From Eledone cirrhosa (Eukaryota): a stretch of 64,000 nt of DNA. Below are positions 12,825-26,451 of the stretch, one piece after another. The first letter of the stretch is position 1, and every line of letters begins with the position of its first letter. The position numbers and the translations under genes are program-made. Location: contig OZ024741.1 in assembly GCA_964016885.1 (NCBI GenBank), positions 154,690,001 through 154,754,000 on the forward strand. Direction: 5' to 3'. Under the pieces are notes generated by a model, which was not told the origin of the DNA, made no database searches, and saw nothing but the letters and a program-made list of their open reading frames with translations.

Positions 12825-13085
12825 CTCTGAATTGAGAGATCACAGCTCTGATACTATGGACACGTGGTTAGAATGTATCAGGAAAAAATTGCTGGACAGA
12901 TTTTATGGGCAAAACCAACTGGCAGGAGACCCAGGAATAGACCCTGAGCAAAATGGTTGGATAACATCCATGAGCCTGGTTAGTTACGCTTGGGTATCCA
13001 GCTGGATCAGTTGGAGAGCGTTGCTTCAGACAGGACTCACTGGAAGGTGTGTTTGCGGAGACTGCCCACACGACCCTCTCAGGAA
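12825..13085 (+). mobile_element. RTE (Expander-like) 3' fragment
   Basis: Reverse-complement similarity to 4930-5180. Confidence 0.8.
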
Positions 13086-13389
13086 TATTCTTTCATACTT
13101 TGCCAAAGTGGGAAGATGTTTATAGAAATATCAATTTAAATGTATTTTAAGACTTGCACATGATTTTGAGAGAAAATATAAATATGAAGTGGTTTAAATT
13201 ACCAAACTGAACAAAATGTGTATATTGCTAACATTGTGTAGCTACTCTGTGGGGTTCACTTCTTACACTTTACCTTCTTCAATAAAATAAAGTATAGATA
13301 TACTTGCAGTGTTATCCAATCTTCCCCCAGGGTTAATTAATACCTAAAATAAATACAATCTCACACGTTCATACAGTGTGATACCTCTA

Positions 13390-13441
13390 ACTATATATAT
13401 ATATATATATATATACATCTCTTTCTCTCGCTCTCTCTCTT

Positions 13442-13474
<33 letters not shown>

Positions 13475-13483
13475 CTCTCTCTT

Positions 13484-13565
<82 letters not shown>
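13390..13565. repeat. Compound (TA)n(TC)n(TA)n microsatellite
   Basis: Direct inspection. Confidence 0.95.
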
Positions 13566-13573
<8 letters not shown>

Positions 13574-13789
13574 TATATAAAATAGACATACACATGCATG
13601 CACACACACACACACACACATATGTATACTTTAATGCATGGTATTTAGGTATATGTTTTCATAAATACTAAAGTTTCATGGGGTTAGGTCTTTCAGTTGA
13701 CAAATTAAATTATCGGTGATAATAGGAAGGGAAAATTCATTTGTAGTAGATGTTCAGGGAAAATTGATAGTAGAAGTGTCAGTGATAGA

Positions 13790-14430
13790 CACATTTTTCA
13801 AATGCAGGTAGGATCTATAGAGGTGGTTGATAGCTTCTGATATCTAGGTGATCAGATTAGCAAGGGAGGAGGATGCTCCGAGGCCATAGTATCTAGAATA
13901 AGGACAGGATGGAAGAAGTCTAGGGAGCTGCTTCCTCTGTTGACAACGAAGGGTTTCTACCTATGAACTAAAAGTTGGTTGTATGATGCCTGTGTGAGAT
14001 ATACAATACTGCATGGTAGTGAGACATGGGCAGCAACTACGGAGGATATGTGAAGGCTGGAGAGAAATGAAGCAAGCATGCTCTGATGGATGTGCAATGT
14101 AAATGTGCATGAATGACCAAGATTGGACAAGTGAGAGTGAAACTGTATATAAGAGGGATAAAATGTAGTGTGCGAGAGAGAAGACTGCATTGGTATGGCC
14201 AAGAGATGCACATGAAAGATGACTGCTGGATGAAGAAGTACCAAGAAATCCTAGTGGAAGGAAGACGCAGTAGAGGAAGACCACGAAAAACATGGGCGGA
14301 GGTGGTGAGAGCTGATCTCGGATCACTGAAGCTCACAGAGAAGATGACGAATGGACATGTTGTGCTGAAGAGGACTCATCCCACCCTTGCCAGCAGGGAA
14401 AAACGGACATAAAATGATGATGATGATGAT
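13790..14430 (+). mobile_element. RTE LINE 3' fragment with short 3' UTR
   Basis: RRLHWYG, GRPRKTWAEVV; tail aaaaacggacataaaatgatgatg. Confidence 0.9.
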
Positions 14431-15269
14431 GAATTCATTCATATAGCCCATCCCAATCACCAGTTTCTTACTGCATATGTTTCTGGAATTATTGTGTTTT
14501 CTTGCAGTGTTATATAATTAATAAAAACATTATTTTAGTCTGATATATTGGGAGGCTATTTGTATTGTCATAAGGGAGGAGAATATAATCATTTTTAAAA
14601 GCAGTTTTATTGTAAAGAATTAAAAGAAAACATTTATACAATTCAATATAAAGTATGGAAAACAATGTTCATTAGCTGTGATTTATCTGTGTATGGGCTG
14701 GCAGTATATACATGTGTCTGTGTATGTATAGGTGGGGGGAGGGTACATGATTTTTGTATGGTCTGTCTATTCATCTATAATAATATGCATATGTAAAATA
14801 ACTCCCACATATACACATCTGAAAAGTATATATATATACACAGTGTGTATATATATATATATACACTTTGTGTGTATTACACACACACACATACATATGT
14901 AACATCAGTTGGTTGGTTATGTTTTATTTCAACATGAATTGTCTGTGTGATCAGATTATTGATAGCGGTGAGTGAAAGGTTGTGTATCGAGCTACACATG
15001 TATAAACACATGGAAACATGTATACATATATGCATACGTGCACATATATTCACGATAGCTTATCTGGAATGCCAGGTGTAACTTCATGCGTGTGTCTGAC
15101 CTAAAAAATCAGTCAATTGTTTTTGATGTCTAGGGATTCTCGTTGGGTGTGTCATTCAGTCATATGGCAGGTATTGTCATAGCTATTAGGTGCATATGAG
15201 GAGGGGTGCTCCAAGCATATTGTAGGCCTCTAGTTACATGGTTACCAGAATAAAAGGATGCATATTTCA

Positions 15270-15960
15270 CTTTTGGTGTCCAAGCAGGTGTTAGGATTTA
15301 TTGAGTTCTTCAAAATTAGCTCCATTGTTGTGCATTTCTTGATTCCATTGATAGAGAACCTGCATTTTTCTGTTATCTTTCAGTTAATGTTGTAGTTTAT
15401 GGAGCCTTCTTTCAGTTTTTAGGCCTAACTGGAAAGTTTTGTTGTTTCTTTTATCCCAGTAACAGAATGAAGCTATTTGGTTATTATACCATTCTTTGAA
15501 CTGCCATTCCATAAGCCTGAGATATAGCTTGAGGTTGGTGGTACTGTTGGGGTTGGTTGTCTTGAATGTTGGCTCAGAATATAGCCTTGGTTTTATAGGC
15601 TACATTTAGCAGGCATGTACCTCTGTTCCAGTATGAACAACCAGCTACATTAGATAGTGAGGGTTTATTTGTAACTATGTTTTTAAAGTTGGGCATGGAG
15701 CTAAATCTAATTTTAAGGTTATGCCTGCTAAATAACTTGTTATATATATGGTTAATGGGGAAGTGTTTGTCTATTAAAGTTAAGAAGGTTCTGCCAATAT
15801 TGGTTTTAACATTGAACCAGAAGGGTGGCATGAACTAGATAAAGTGTTGACGTCTATTTCTTTTCGGTTGTGTTAGTCTGGGGCTGTAGCTAATTTTCTT
15901 GCTCATTGTAATAGGGGTTGCTTCATTAAAGATACTAGAAAGCATTCTATCTGATGTTTA
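15270..15960 (-). mobile_element. Decayed Penelope-like element 3' region (thumb/linker/GIY-YIG)
   Basis: PPFWFNVKTNIGRTFLTLIDKHFP...SSMPNFKNI, typical of the PLE linker, followed by endonuclease remnants. Confidence 0.85.
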
Positions 15961-16159
15961 AATAACTCAGCCAATTCGCTGCCAATCAACTATTCATTAT
16001 TAAATGTAAATAAACCAGGAATAAAACAACAACAATATCTGGAAGAAGCAGGAATATAATGAGAATTCAGAGTGCTAACTTACCAAGGAGTCTCATGATG
16101 GTGGTTTCTAGTGTTTGTCTCTGTAACAATTAAAAGACTGAAAATAATTTGTTTATCTG

Positions 16160-16204
<45 letters not shown>

Positions 16205-16209
<5 letters not shown>

Positions 16210-16500
16210 TAAAATAACAGATTAAAGTTTAAGCAAAGAATCGCTGCTTTCACCCTTAACGGGATCTTCTGAAACTAAAAAAATCAATCTGTGAACGCAG
16301 AAGTAAATATTTCGAAAAACGTTGCAACTGAAGGAAAACAGGAAGATGATACTTTGGTTCGTGGAGACGTTCCCTGGCAATGAACGGGAAAAAAGCGAAT
16401 ATAATACGTCATTATTTGGAGCGGTGAGAACGCAAGACAAAGACAAAACCACGTTTATGGTATAAATCTTCCGCATGCCTAAATCTTTGGTGATAATTTT
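16205..16500 (-). repeat. Dispersed repeat (putative PLE pseudo-LTR) abutting (TA)n
   Basis: Reverse-complement matches 39410-39560 and 39750-39880; contains the hammerhead-like cAGAAGA-tccc..ggg-tGAAA motif. Confidence 0.55.
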
Positions 16501-16960
16501 TCAAACACTAGTCAGCTGATGATTGCAACACACCACCTGCCTCACACACTCAACGTTGGCCTCAGTCCTACTAATTGAAGGCCTTCCGCTCCTGGGGTCG
16601 TCTTCCACATCCTTGCGTCCCTCTTTGAACCTTTTGTGCCTCTTGAAAACCCATGAGTGCAACATCGTTTCATCTCTGTATATTTGCTGCAGTATTCCGA
16701 GTGTTTCTAACAGAGTTTTCCCCAGCAAGACCAGAAACTTCAGATTGGTTCATTGCTTTGTGCCCACCACTTGACGGCCTAATATTGAGGAGCTATGAAC
16801 AAAAGCATGTGAAAAAAAAAATACAATGGCTGCAGAGAGCTGAGATCGCACTTAAATACTCCCTGAATATTACGTCACATAGTGACACAACTTGCTAATC
16901 CCTACCACACTCATAGCTCATACAGCACACTAAGTCCTGGTACTTTTTTGAAACACCTCA
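16501..16960 (-). mobile_element. mariner transposon 5' fragment (TIR plus HTH N-terminus)
   Basis: TA|tgaggtgtttcaaaaaagtaccaggact TIR-like end; WVFKRHKRFKEGRKDVEDDPRSGRPS. Confidence 0.9.
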
Positions 16961-16961
16961 T

Positions 16962-18660
16962 ATGCTACTCTTTGAAAATGATGCCTTGGAACTCATACGG
17001 AGTATCAAATTTCGGAATAGGAGCAATTCCTTCCAGCAGGACCTGAAGAATAGACTTTGTTCTATTAAGGATTCTATTGCCATGCACGTCCACTCCGACA
17101 AAACTGGCAATATATATCAAGTGGAGCGCAGTACTTACCATCAACTGCTACATAATGCTGTAACTAAGGATTACCGTAAAACTAATCGGAGCGTCATTAA
17201 TGAAATCAACGATGCTGGGTTTAAAATCACCTCTGATCTCAACATCCTGGACCGGAATGAACCTCTGGACCCTATTTCTCCCCCACTTTACCCTGAAGGA
17301 TCACAAATCCAATTTCCCGAACAACGCCTCTTTCGGCTTATTAACCCTACGAAGTCCGATTTAGGTAGACTTAGTAAAAGGATTTTAGATAGAATTATAC
17401 CTGAAATTAGAAGTTTGGTCCCTCTCGCACTGTGGAACAATTCTTTCGCGGTGATTGATTGGTTCAATGGCATATGCAACAAGGAACATTGCCGTTTTAT
17501 CCAATTCGACATCAATAATCACTACTCCTCCATCACTTTACCACTTCTTCTTAGAGCTATCAATTTCGCTAAAACACTCACAGTGGTTAAGGATTTCGAA
17601 GTTGATGTCATCCTCAATGCCCGTAAGTCGGTGATTAATTTCGACGATTCTATTTGGATTAAAATAAGGCGCCAGCGATTCTGCGGAGGTTACTGATCTT
17701 ATCAGTCTTTTTCTTCTTTTCTCTATCAAGGTAGAATTCCCCAACGTGGGTGGTGGTTTGTACCGTGATAATGGTCTTTTGACCATGACAAAGTGCAGCC
17801 CACATGCTTGCGACAGGTTTAGAAAAGAACTCACAACCTTCTTTAAAGGCTTCAACCTCTCCATACAGGTTGAGGCCAACCTCTCGGTCGTTAATTTACC
17901 TCGACGCTACCCTCAATTTGTCGAATGGCTTACACTACCCGTATAGAAAGCCGAATGATATGCTTAATTATATAAGTAAGCATTCTAACCATCCTGCCAG
18001 CATAACCAAGAACCTGGTAAGAAACGTTTCGTTGAGGCTTTCCCGTCTATCTACAAACGGGCATATTTTCATCCGGGAAATGACTCTCTAGAAACATTGT
18101 CTACAAATGTAAGGTTGAAACACCCACGTCCCGTAGGCCCTACACAGGGTTAACCGCCAATAAATTCAAGCAGCGTCTTTACATGCATACCCATTCTTTT
18201 CTTAACCCTTTAAGAAGGAATATGACGTCCCTTTCAGCTTATATCTGGAGTCTAAAAGACAACCGCACCCAATATAAGTTACACTGGGAGATCCTAGCTA
18301 AGGCTAGATCGTATAACAGAAATAAAAGACCATGTGATCTCTGTGCCGCTAAGGCTCTGGAAATACTCTACGCCAAAGACAACATATTAAACAAAAAATC
18401 TGAAGCAATTTCGGCTTGTAAACATAAATTGCACAAAATTTTCCTGTATTACAGCCCCACATTATACCCTAACGGATAGTACGAACTATACGCGGATATT
18501 TTACGTCTTCATGTGGTAACTAAGTATATGTTATGTTTTTGCCTACGTCCCCTGCATCTCAGCAACTATCCCCGATGGTCTAGCGGCCTTACCATTTTTA
18601 ATTTTCTTAATCGCCTCTTGGACCCTATATTCGTCAATCTCAATAGCTGGTCCCTCTGTC
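16962..18660 (+). mobile_element. Penelope-like element, frameshifted and internally deleted (RT + GIY-YIG)
   Basis: DKTGNIY, RLINPTKSDLG, FIQFDI, GLYRDNG, YRKPND, SNHP; GIY-YIG with TSLSAYIWSLK and CDLC. Confidence 0.93.
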
Positions 18661-18699
18661 GGATCTACTGAGGGTAATTTCTCTCTCTCCCATTCATTC

Positions 18700-20555
18700 T
18701 CCACATTCATCAGTCTGTCATAATGACATTTCCAGGCCTCCTTTTTCTGATCATTTGTGACACTAAGTAACTAAGTACACCGGCATCATTCCGAACACAT
18801 TTATCTCCAACAACATCCTGATTTGCATTAACACACTACCTTGCAATGTGGAACACACCATGTCTTTGATCTTCCCGTCGCAGAACATTGGCAAACCTCC
18901 TACTCTCAGCCTCCCTGCGTGCCAAGTACACCTGACGTCTAGCTTCCCTCTTAGCGGCTGTATATCCTTCTCTACTCCCACCCTTTTTCCAAGCATTCCA
19001 TGCTAGACTTTTGTCTCTAATGGCCCTATCTACCGTGATGCTCCACCACCAGGTCACATTGCTGTCTGGTTGGAGCTCTGCTCCAGCCACAAGTTTCATC
19101 AGTAGCCTGCAGTAATTTGTCACGTAAGAAATTCCAGCTATCATCTATGTCATACGACTCTAAATCGTCTTCTTTTTCGTCATACACACCTTGAAGGGCT
19201 TTCCTATATTTGTATTTTAGTGAAAGGTCTTTTAGCTTCCAGACCTTTCTTCTCCACACCTTCCTGTATGTCTCATTCCGTCTCTTGCTTACTGAGATAT
19301 CACTAAAGATTAACCTATGCTGTGGGGTACATCCCCCCCCCCCCCGGGTATGCCTTGGTATTAGACACTATCTGCCTGTCCCGCTGCCTAACTAGTAAGA
19401 AGTTAATCTGGCTTATGTGCTCGCCTGATTTGTAGGTTATTAGGTGGTTGGCGGGATTCTGGAAGTTAGTGTTGCAAATAGTTGGTGCACTTGCATCAGA
19501 AAATTCAAGAAGTTTCACTCCCTCTTCATTTCTTGAACCGTAACCATGCCCACCATGTACCCTAGTGTAACCATCCTGGAGCTGTCCAACATGACCATTG
19601 AAGTCCCCTGCTAGCATAACGATGTCTCTGTCCTCTGTCATTGTGGCTGTTTGTAAAAGTTGCTCGTAGAAGCAGTCTTTCTCTTCTTTACCTAGGCTTG
19701 CCTGGGGAGAATAGGCAGAGATGATTGTCAGTAGTCTCCTGCCTACAACTAATCTAAGCTTAATTATTCTATTACTAACTCGAACTACCTCTATTGTCAT
19801 ATTGATCCATCTCTCAGCCAGGAAAATGCCTACTCCACCTAACCCATCATCCTTACCTACCCAGAAAAGCTTATGACTAAGATGTTTGCCTGCGATTAGT
19901 CTCGCAGAGGCACCTCTCCATCTCACCTCTTGCACGCAGCACACATCCACATGCCTTCTCTCCAGCATCTCCGCTATTTCACCAGATCTACCTGTGAGAG
20001 TGCCAACATTAAGTGTTGCAACTCTGAGATGTGACGTCTTCATATTCTTGTTCCTTTTCCTGTCATCATCATCACCATTCGTCGACTACTGTCGAGATGA
20101 TGGATCTCACTCTCATGCCCCAGAATTCCCTGTCCCCCATCGCTGCCCCCAGGTCCTGTCTACTGATTCCCGTATCCCTAGAGATAACGTAAGGGAATGA
20201 CAGCTTCCTACTCCTAGTCAGGCTGGAATCAGGGTTCCAGAGCAAGAGAGCGGATATGATTTCATTGCTGGCACGGTGACAGTGGCCAGCAAATTGAGCT
20301 CTCCGGGATTTTCCTGTAGTGCGATTGCTTGAAGACGGTCAAGGGGTTCTCGCACATGGCCGCACCAGCCACCCCACTACCGCGTGCAGCCCTAACATGG
20401 TTAGTGTTATTGCTGTTTACGCAGTTATTGCGATATATATTTGTTGTTGTGCTCATAATTGTTTTGGCATTAATACACTGGTTGGATGCCCTTCCTAACA
20501 CCAGTGCCACTTTACAGCATGGACTGGGTGCTTTTATTCGTGCCACCAGCACTAG
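18700..20555 (-). mobile_element. RTE LINE 5' portion (5' UTR plus apurinic-type endonuclease)
   Basis: LRVATLNVGTL, CCVQEVRW, ISAYSPQ, GDFNGHVG; upstream 5'-UTR motif ggtggcacgaataaaagcacc...gttaggaagggcatcc. Confidence 0.93.
20045..20345 (-). mobile_element. Nested 3' fragment of a third RTE family interrupting the N-terminus of the host RTE ORF
   Basis: Minus frame reads AQFAGHCHRASNEIISALLLWNP...ISRDTG, ending in a tgatgatgatga tail. Confidence 0.75.
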
Positions 20556-21016
20556 AGAGGATGTCTTACTGGACTCATGGGCCCTCTCTACCCCTCCATT
20601 TTACAGCATGGTCATAACAATAATAATAACACTATTAATAATTATTAATTAATGCAATCGTGCAATGCCTGTGCGTGAAGAATATTTTTAAAGTGAGGAA
20701 AGACTGTGCACTGAGCCAATCCCACTCTCAGAGCGACACTAGCTATAACCCGAAAATAAGAAATGATCAACATCATCGGTAACTACTGAGCCGCAGGTTT
20801 TATGTTGGAGTTAACCCAGTTTCCTGAGATGCCTTCTCCTAGAAGAATGCCCTGACAAGGGCTAGGGGTCCTTCACTCCAAGTGGTTTAACTGCATTAGT
20901 CTTTCCAATTGCTAATACTCTTTAGTGAATTAGCCATAGGGTTATCTACTCCAGTAAATACCACTACATGCCAACCACTAATTTAATTTGTTTAGAAGAT
21001 GTAAAAGAAAAGACGA

Positions 21017-21333
21017 TGTAGTAATTGAAACATGACGAATACTTCAGAAACGAGTATCAGTAACGATTTGCATTTATTGAAGTAGCTTGTTACAATTTTG
21101 GTAGTGAAACGTACCTCATGCCATGATGTGGTGTAATCCTGAGGTATAGGATAGGATTAGAAAAGGTTTAGCATCTGTGCTTGGTGTGGTCAGTTCTAGA
21201 GCCGTTGGTGAAAGAGAGGTAGATTGTCCTTTGCTCCTTCTTTTATAATCTCTGAAACGGAAGTTCAAGGGGTATTCTAGAAATTCTACGGGAAGTAACT
21301 TTGGCTACTTCCCTTTGTCTAGAGAGCGCTACA
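21017..21333 (-). mobile_element. Solo LTR (Gypsy-like)
   Basis: Minus-strand start tgtagcgctctctagacaagggaagtagc matches the LTR start at 53864; left boundary uncertain and no TSD confirmed. Confidence 0.65.
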
Positions 21334-21359
21334 ACTCTCTATCGGTCGCAACTTCAGCT

Positions 21360-21485
21360 AGAAGGAGCAACGTGGAATAAAGTGTCTTGCTCAAGGACAT
21401 AACGCATCACCTGGTCCAGGAATAAAACTCACAACCTCACGTTTGCGAATCCAATTCTCTAACCACTCAGCCGCACACGCCTTCA
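21360..21485 (-). mobile_element. tRNA-derived CORE-type SINE fragment
   Basis: aagtgtcttgctcaaggaca CORE-like block plus tRNA-like head; similar copies near 40370, 47030, 50990, 51500, 51770 and 61790. Confidence 0.7.
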
Positions 21486-22339
21486 CTTATGTATAACATA
21501 ATCCAAAACATGATTGCATCAGACAAAATGCATAGATGTAGAGTTCTTTTGATATACTGGCAGTCAAACGATCTGGACAGACCAGTGACAACCAAGCATA
21601 TGATTAGAATAAAAAAAAAAAACCCAACACAGGAGATGTTACGTGAGTGGGAGAAAAATACAGTTGGACTTAACGTTTTTGAAATTATTTAAAATATGAT
21701 GTAATTAGATTGGTAAAAGATAAATAAATATAGACAGTTAGACAGTTTATATTAGCTTAAAATAGATACTATCCTAATATATATATTTATTATACCAAAG
21801 GAAAAATATTCTAGGATGCAAGAATCATACTGTAACTAAATAAATAAGAAAAATTAGGATTACTAAATTCAAAGGTAAATTATCTATGTTTATGTATAAT
21901 TTAAATTAGCATTATATGAGGGTTAACTTTGCCTTTCATCCTTACGGGCTCGATAAAATAAAGTACCAGTAATGTACTGGAATAATTGCTGGCCTTGTGC
22001 CAAAAGTAGAAACAATTATATGAGTGGAAAGATATTTATCAATTGGTATGGCTTTTTTTTTTATATAACTGATATGGTTATAATGTTATGAGATAAATTA
22101 TTCAGTTGAAAAGAAGAAATGCAATTACAGAGGCATAATTTATCTTTTCAACAATTATATTTAAGTAAGTATTATACGAATAGAGGAAAATATTAACTAT
22201 TGGCGTAACTATTATTATAAGAAAAGATGTATGTATTATAGCCTATATTAAAAATAAGGTCAATGAAAAAATTAGTTTACTTATTTTGTCTATTTGTCTT
22301 TATTTTTTATTTAAACATAATAAAATCGCTTTAAAATGT

Positions 22340-24066
22340 TGTAGCAGAATGATTAGTCGTGGTCGCCAGTGTGGTAAAATGATGATATCCTCGTTGGATT
22401 GTCTTGTCGACATAGACGTGAGGGAAGGTCCCTCGTCTATTTACCATCTTTGTATTTACAATATTCCTTTCGTCAGGTCGCCAATTCCAGCAGCATGGAT
22501 TATAGATGTTATTGAGACACGAGTAACATAATAATGATTTCAACAGCAGAAATTAGAGATGAAATGTATGTTTATTTTTGATGTAGCACAAACAATGTTT
22601 GTTAACTTATATGGTTGAAGTTACACATAAAATGAGGTTACAAAAGGGAATGTGCCATTGCGCCGGAAAGCCGGCAGGCTAGGGTGCAAAAGCTCACCGT
22701 TACATTGTACGTGTTGCTGGTTCGAAGTTCCTGGTGCGAGAGAGTGATTCTTCAAATATTTTCAGGTAATTCCTCCCTCAGGGCGCGTAGGGATACATCC
22801 TCTTCTACTGGCGCTGATTGGCTGAACTGAGCCAAATCACGCACAGAGAATGTATGTGAGCCCGCGGAATGTAGGTCACTACAATACCCCCCTCCTAGAC
22901 GGAAGTCGATACAGATTATTGAATCAGCAAGAACAAATGCTGAAAGAGCACATCAGTTTAAAAAAATAATTGAGCAGAAGGCTGCATGCAAGAAAAAAAA
23001 TGAGGCGCTACGGGCCGTGTTGAGCCGCTGTGTCAAATGACCAGCTGTTTTGTTGTTTATACGTGACCATCAAAGGTCTAACAAAAACGGATAAAGTCTG
23101 ACATGGGCGAAGTTGCTGTTCTTGCATTAAATGTTAATGGTAAGTGTTGTACCAGTAGCTGTGGACGAAGCTATTATGGTAGTTTACCGGTGCTGGCAAG
23201 AAGATGATGGGTAGGCGAGAAAATGTTGGCCTCCCAGATGTATTGCCGAATGTGCTAGGAAGCCAGGAAAAAATGACTGGTTGCTTTGAAAAGAAAAAAA
23301 AAACAAGTTTAATCTGTAGGTAGGTTGCAGTGTAAATTCCATAATTCGGGCGAATCCACAGATGTGGTGGAAATGCTGACAAGTCCAGTTCTATTTGTTG
23401 TTTTCCCAGCGAGTCGGGTAAAAACAACAAGACGGAGGCCGTCATGGACAATCAGTGTGCAACGAGATGCGAAACTGTTTGAGTTCAGCTGCAATTAGTA
23501 TTCTCGTGTTGCGGTGCCTGTTTGAATCCAGGTGGATTAAGCTCTGTGAGCTGCTAGCATGTGACAGCACCTCAACCAGGTGAAAAGGGACTCGCAGAAT
23601 ATTATGTTTGAAGAACATATACCAAGAACAACATGTTGGTGTGTGACAAAAAAATGTGTGCATATGCAGGCATGTAAAACAGCAAAGAATGTGAATGAAC
23701 AAAAACCATGAGCAAGCAAATAGCAAAAGAGCACAAAACAAGTAAATGCATTTTACAAAGAAATATGTGAATGTAACAAACTGATAATTCAAAGTCAATC
23801 TAAGGGAGCAGAGAAATTGCTCAATGATAAGTTCAAAGTTTTTCAAAGTCAAATAGTTCACACATCACCAGTGTACAGACTTTCTGACACTAGTTCTATC
23901 TGAAAACTGAAAAAGAAGTTTGTTAATGCCGTTAGAGGTTAGATGTATGTTGTTTTTGAGAGTTTTCGTGGCCATTTTACCGTCCTGCCACCTTGTGTGA
24001 CATAAGGTTGTGTTGCTTGTTGTTAAAGCAAAGTCAATGAATCTTCTGTAGAGTAGCAGTCACCAA
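22340..24066 (-). mobile_element. Degenerate Gypsy-like LTR element (3' LTR, PPT, internal region)
   Basis: LTR 22340-22883 with TGTAG...CTACA ends; polypurine tract aggaggggggta just before it; PBS-like TGGTGAC near 24060; gag-like DSPELW remnant; 5' LTR absent. Confidence 0.65.
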
Positions 24067-24123
24067 CATGGCAGCCACGTCTGACGCCATAATGGTGAGA
24101 AAACTACTGTCCCAATTTTTTTA

Positions 24124-24215
24124 CTAGCAGAAAATCCGCCCTCGAGCAGTTTTCTGCTAGCATATGTAGTGTGCATATTGGTATTATATGCAAATATATA
24201 TATGTAAATTGACAA
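24124..24215 (-). mobile_element. Helitron 3' end fragment
   Basis: Hairpin plus CTAG terminus homologous to 25700 and 57577-57614. Confidence 0.75.
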
Positions 24216-24216
24216 T

Positions 24217-24860
24217 ATCTTCTTCTTCTTCGCCCACTTATTTCTGAGAGGGTCGTGGGTGGTGGTCCTTCTCAAACACTCCTTCCATCTCTAACTGATC
24301 CAGCTGGATCCCAAAGCGTGACCAGCCAAGCTCATGGATGTTATCCAACTATCTTGCTCAGGGTCTACTTCTGGGTCTCTTGCCAATTGGTTTTGCCTGT
24401 AAAATGTGTCCAGCGATTCTTTACTGAGACATTCTAACCACATGCTCATAATATCAGAGTTATGATCTCTCAATTCGGAGAAGTAGCGACTCTACCAGGA
24501 GTGACTCTCTGGTCTCTGAGCTATGCACTTCATCGAGTAACGTTACTCCAAAGACCCTTTGGAGGAATCCCATTTCTGCCGCTTTTATTTGCAATTGTAT
24601 TCTTTTGGTCATTACTTAAGATTCATGATCCTCGGTAACAGTTGGCAGGAATACCAGGAAGAGAGCAAGTTTGGCTTTTACACCTACCCCCTTCTTCTGA
24701 TTGCCGAGGCTTCCACATTACTGCATCAGCTTTTGCAATTCTTGCACTTAATTCAGCCTCCTGCATTCCATCACTCATGAACACGGCTCCAAGATACTTG
24801 AACTTCTCAAACTGCTTCAGTAGAACTCCATTCACATGTATATAAATTTGAGGGACTTCT
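24217..24860 (-). mobile_element. RTE (Expander-like) 3' fragment
   Basis: EKFKYLGAVFMSDG...ARIAKA; (GAA)n tail. Confidence 0.85.
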
Positions 24861-25034
24861 GTCCACCCGTCCATCACCCACTGTGTATGTGTGTTTGTGT
24901 GAATGTATGTGTGTGTAAAAGAAAGGAAAGGGATACACACATATAAATGTCTAACTTAAAAACAGTGATACACACACGTGTCTCTAATTTAAGAACGCTG
25001 ACAAACTCACGCGCGTGCACATACACACACTGTC

Positions 25035-25698
25035 CTATTACCACTCAAGAGCTTTGGCCCAGGCAAACATCCCCTCAATTTTGGAACCGTCTGGGTTGTC
25101 CTGAATTGATGGGAAAACACTTGACGGTCTCAATCTGTGCTCCTGGTCAAGCGGCAGGTGCCTTACCTGGGACATCACAGTTAGTGACTCTTTTGCTTCT
25201 TCCCACATTCTGGATGCAGCGGTAAGGGCGAGAGCTACAGCATCTGCAGCTGAACGGAACACAATCCTAAAATACGGTGTTCTGTCAGCTAACTACATTA
25301 TCCAGCCTATGGCGTTCGAGACGTTTGGGGGAGTCAGGCTACTGACAGCGAGGTTCTTATCTTCACTGGCGGCTCGCCAAACAGAGGTAACTGGTGATGC
25401 TCGTGAGGGTACTCGGTTGTTCCAGCACCTCAGCCTCGCCATTACCCCAGGTAACACTGGGAGCGTGCTGGCTTGCCTCAAAAATTATTAGAGAGGTTTC
25501 CCAGTGCTCCTCGCTATATTGCTATCTTTTGCTCTGGCAGCGTCTCGTTTTTCCACACTTTCGCTTGCATATTGTTCTGTGTGGTCTAAGATGTGGGTAT
25601 TACGTGCTTGTGTATTTTTTCTCTTTCTTTTTTTCCTTTCCCTTTCCTTTGTATATATTATATTTGTTAGTGTTTTTGTTCTGTAATCATTATATTAA
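25035..25698 (+). mobile_element. CRE-clade (restriction-like endonuclease) non-LTR 3' fragment
   Basis: Remnants of GK-x-DG, TWDITVSD, PMAFETFGG and FQHLSLAITPGN. Confidence 0.8.
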
Positions 25699-25699
25699 A

Positions 25700-26404
25700 C
25701 TAGCATAAAAACCATCCTTCGAGTGGTTTTCTGCTAGCATGTTTAATGTGTTTATTGATATTATACACAAATATATATACATGTAGATATGATACATCAA
25801 ATAAAATCGTAATTGACAATATACACAGAAATTGAACGAAGTCTATGTTACACTGTCTTATGTAATCAGTAAAGTAATCCATGATACATTTTAAAAAAGA
25901 CGATATTATATATAAACTGCATTAGGAGAAAATTAGCGACGGAAATATATGCGGTATTTTTATAAGTGTTATAATATAACGGCCGCTAACCGGAAGTGTT
26001 GACATTTGAAAATTTTAAAGAAGTAAATCTTTAATTAAGCTATAAAATATATTTAATCAACAGCCACGAAATTTAGCACATAAATTATGTAATATTCATT
26101 CATTATTTATTCAAAGTAATAGGGGCAAGTGGATGGCAGTATCGGTAGAGGGTCGGACGCCAAGCTTTGCAGCAAAGAGTTACGGCCCTTTATGGTCTGA
26201 GTTCAAATCCCGCCGAGGTTAACTTTGTCTTTCATCCTTACGGGGTCGATAAAATAAAGTACAGTAATACACTGGGATAATTGCTGGCCTTGTGCCAAAA
26301 GTAGAAACAATTATTTATTCAAAGTAATCCAACTTATTTTACAAACGGGGTAAAAAATATATTCTGGACGCAGTCCCGCACTCCTTTCTTTTTTATAGGT
26401 AAGA
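25700..26404 (-). mobile_element. Non-autonomous Helitron with a nested SINE
   Basis: 5' A|TCTTACCTATAAAA..., 3' hairpin-CTAG|T; homologous to 57114-57614. Confidence 0.88.
26121..26328 (+). mobile_element. tRNA-derived MetaSINE-type element with an ~18-bp TSD
   Basis: A-box tggcagtatcgg, B-box gagttcaaatccc, central tttcatccttacggggtcgataaa domain; TSD ttatttattcaaagtaat. Confidence 0.88.
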
Positions 26405-26451
26405 TCTTTATACAAATGAGTTTTTTTTTTTAAAAAGAGTTAAACTGTGTT

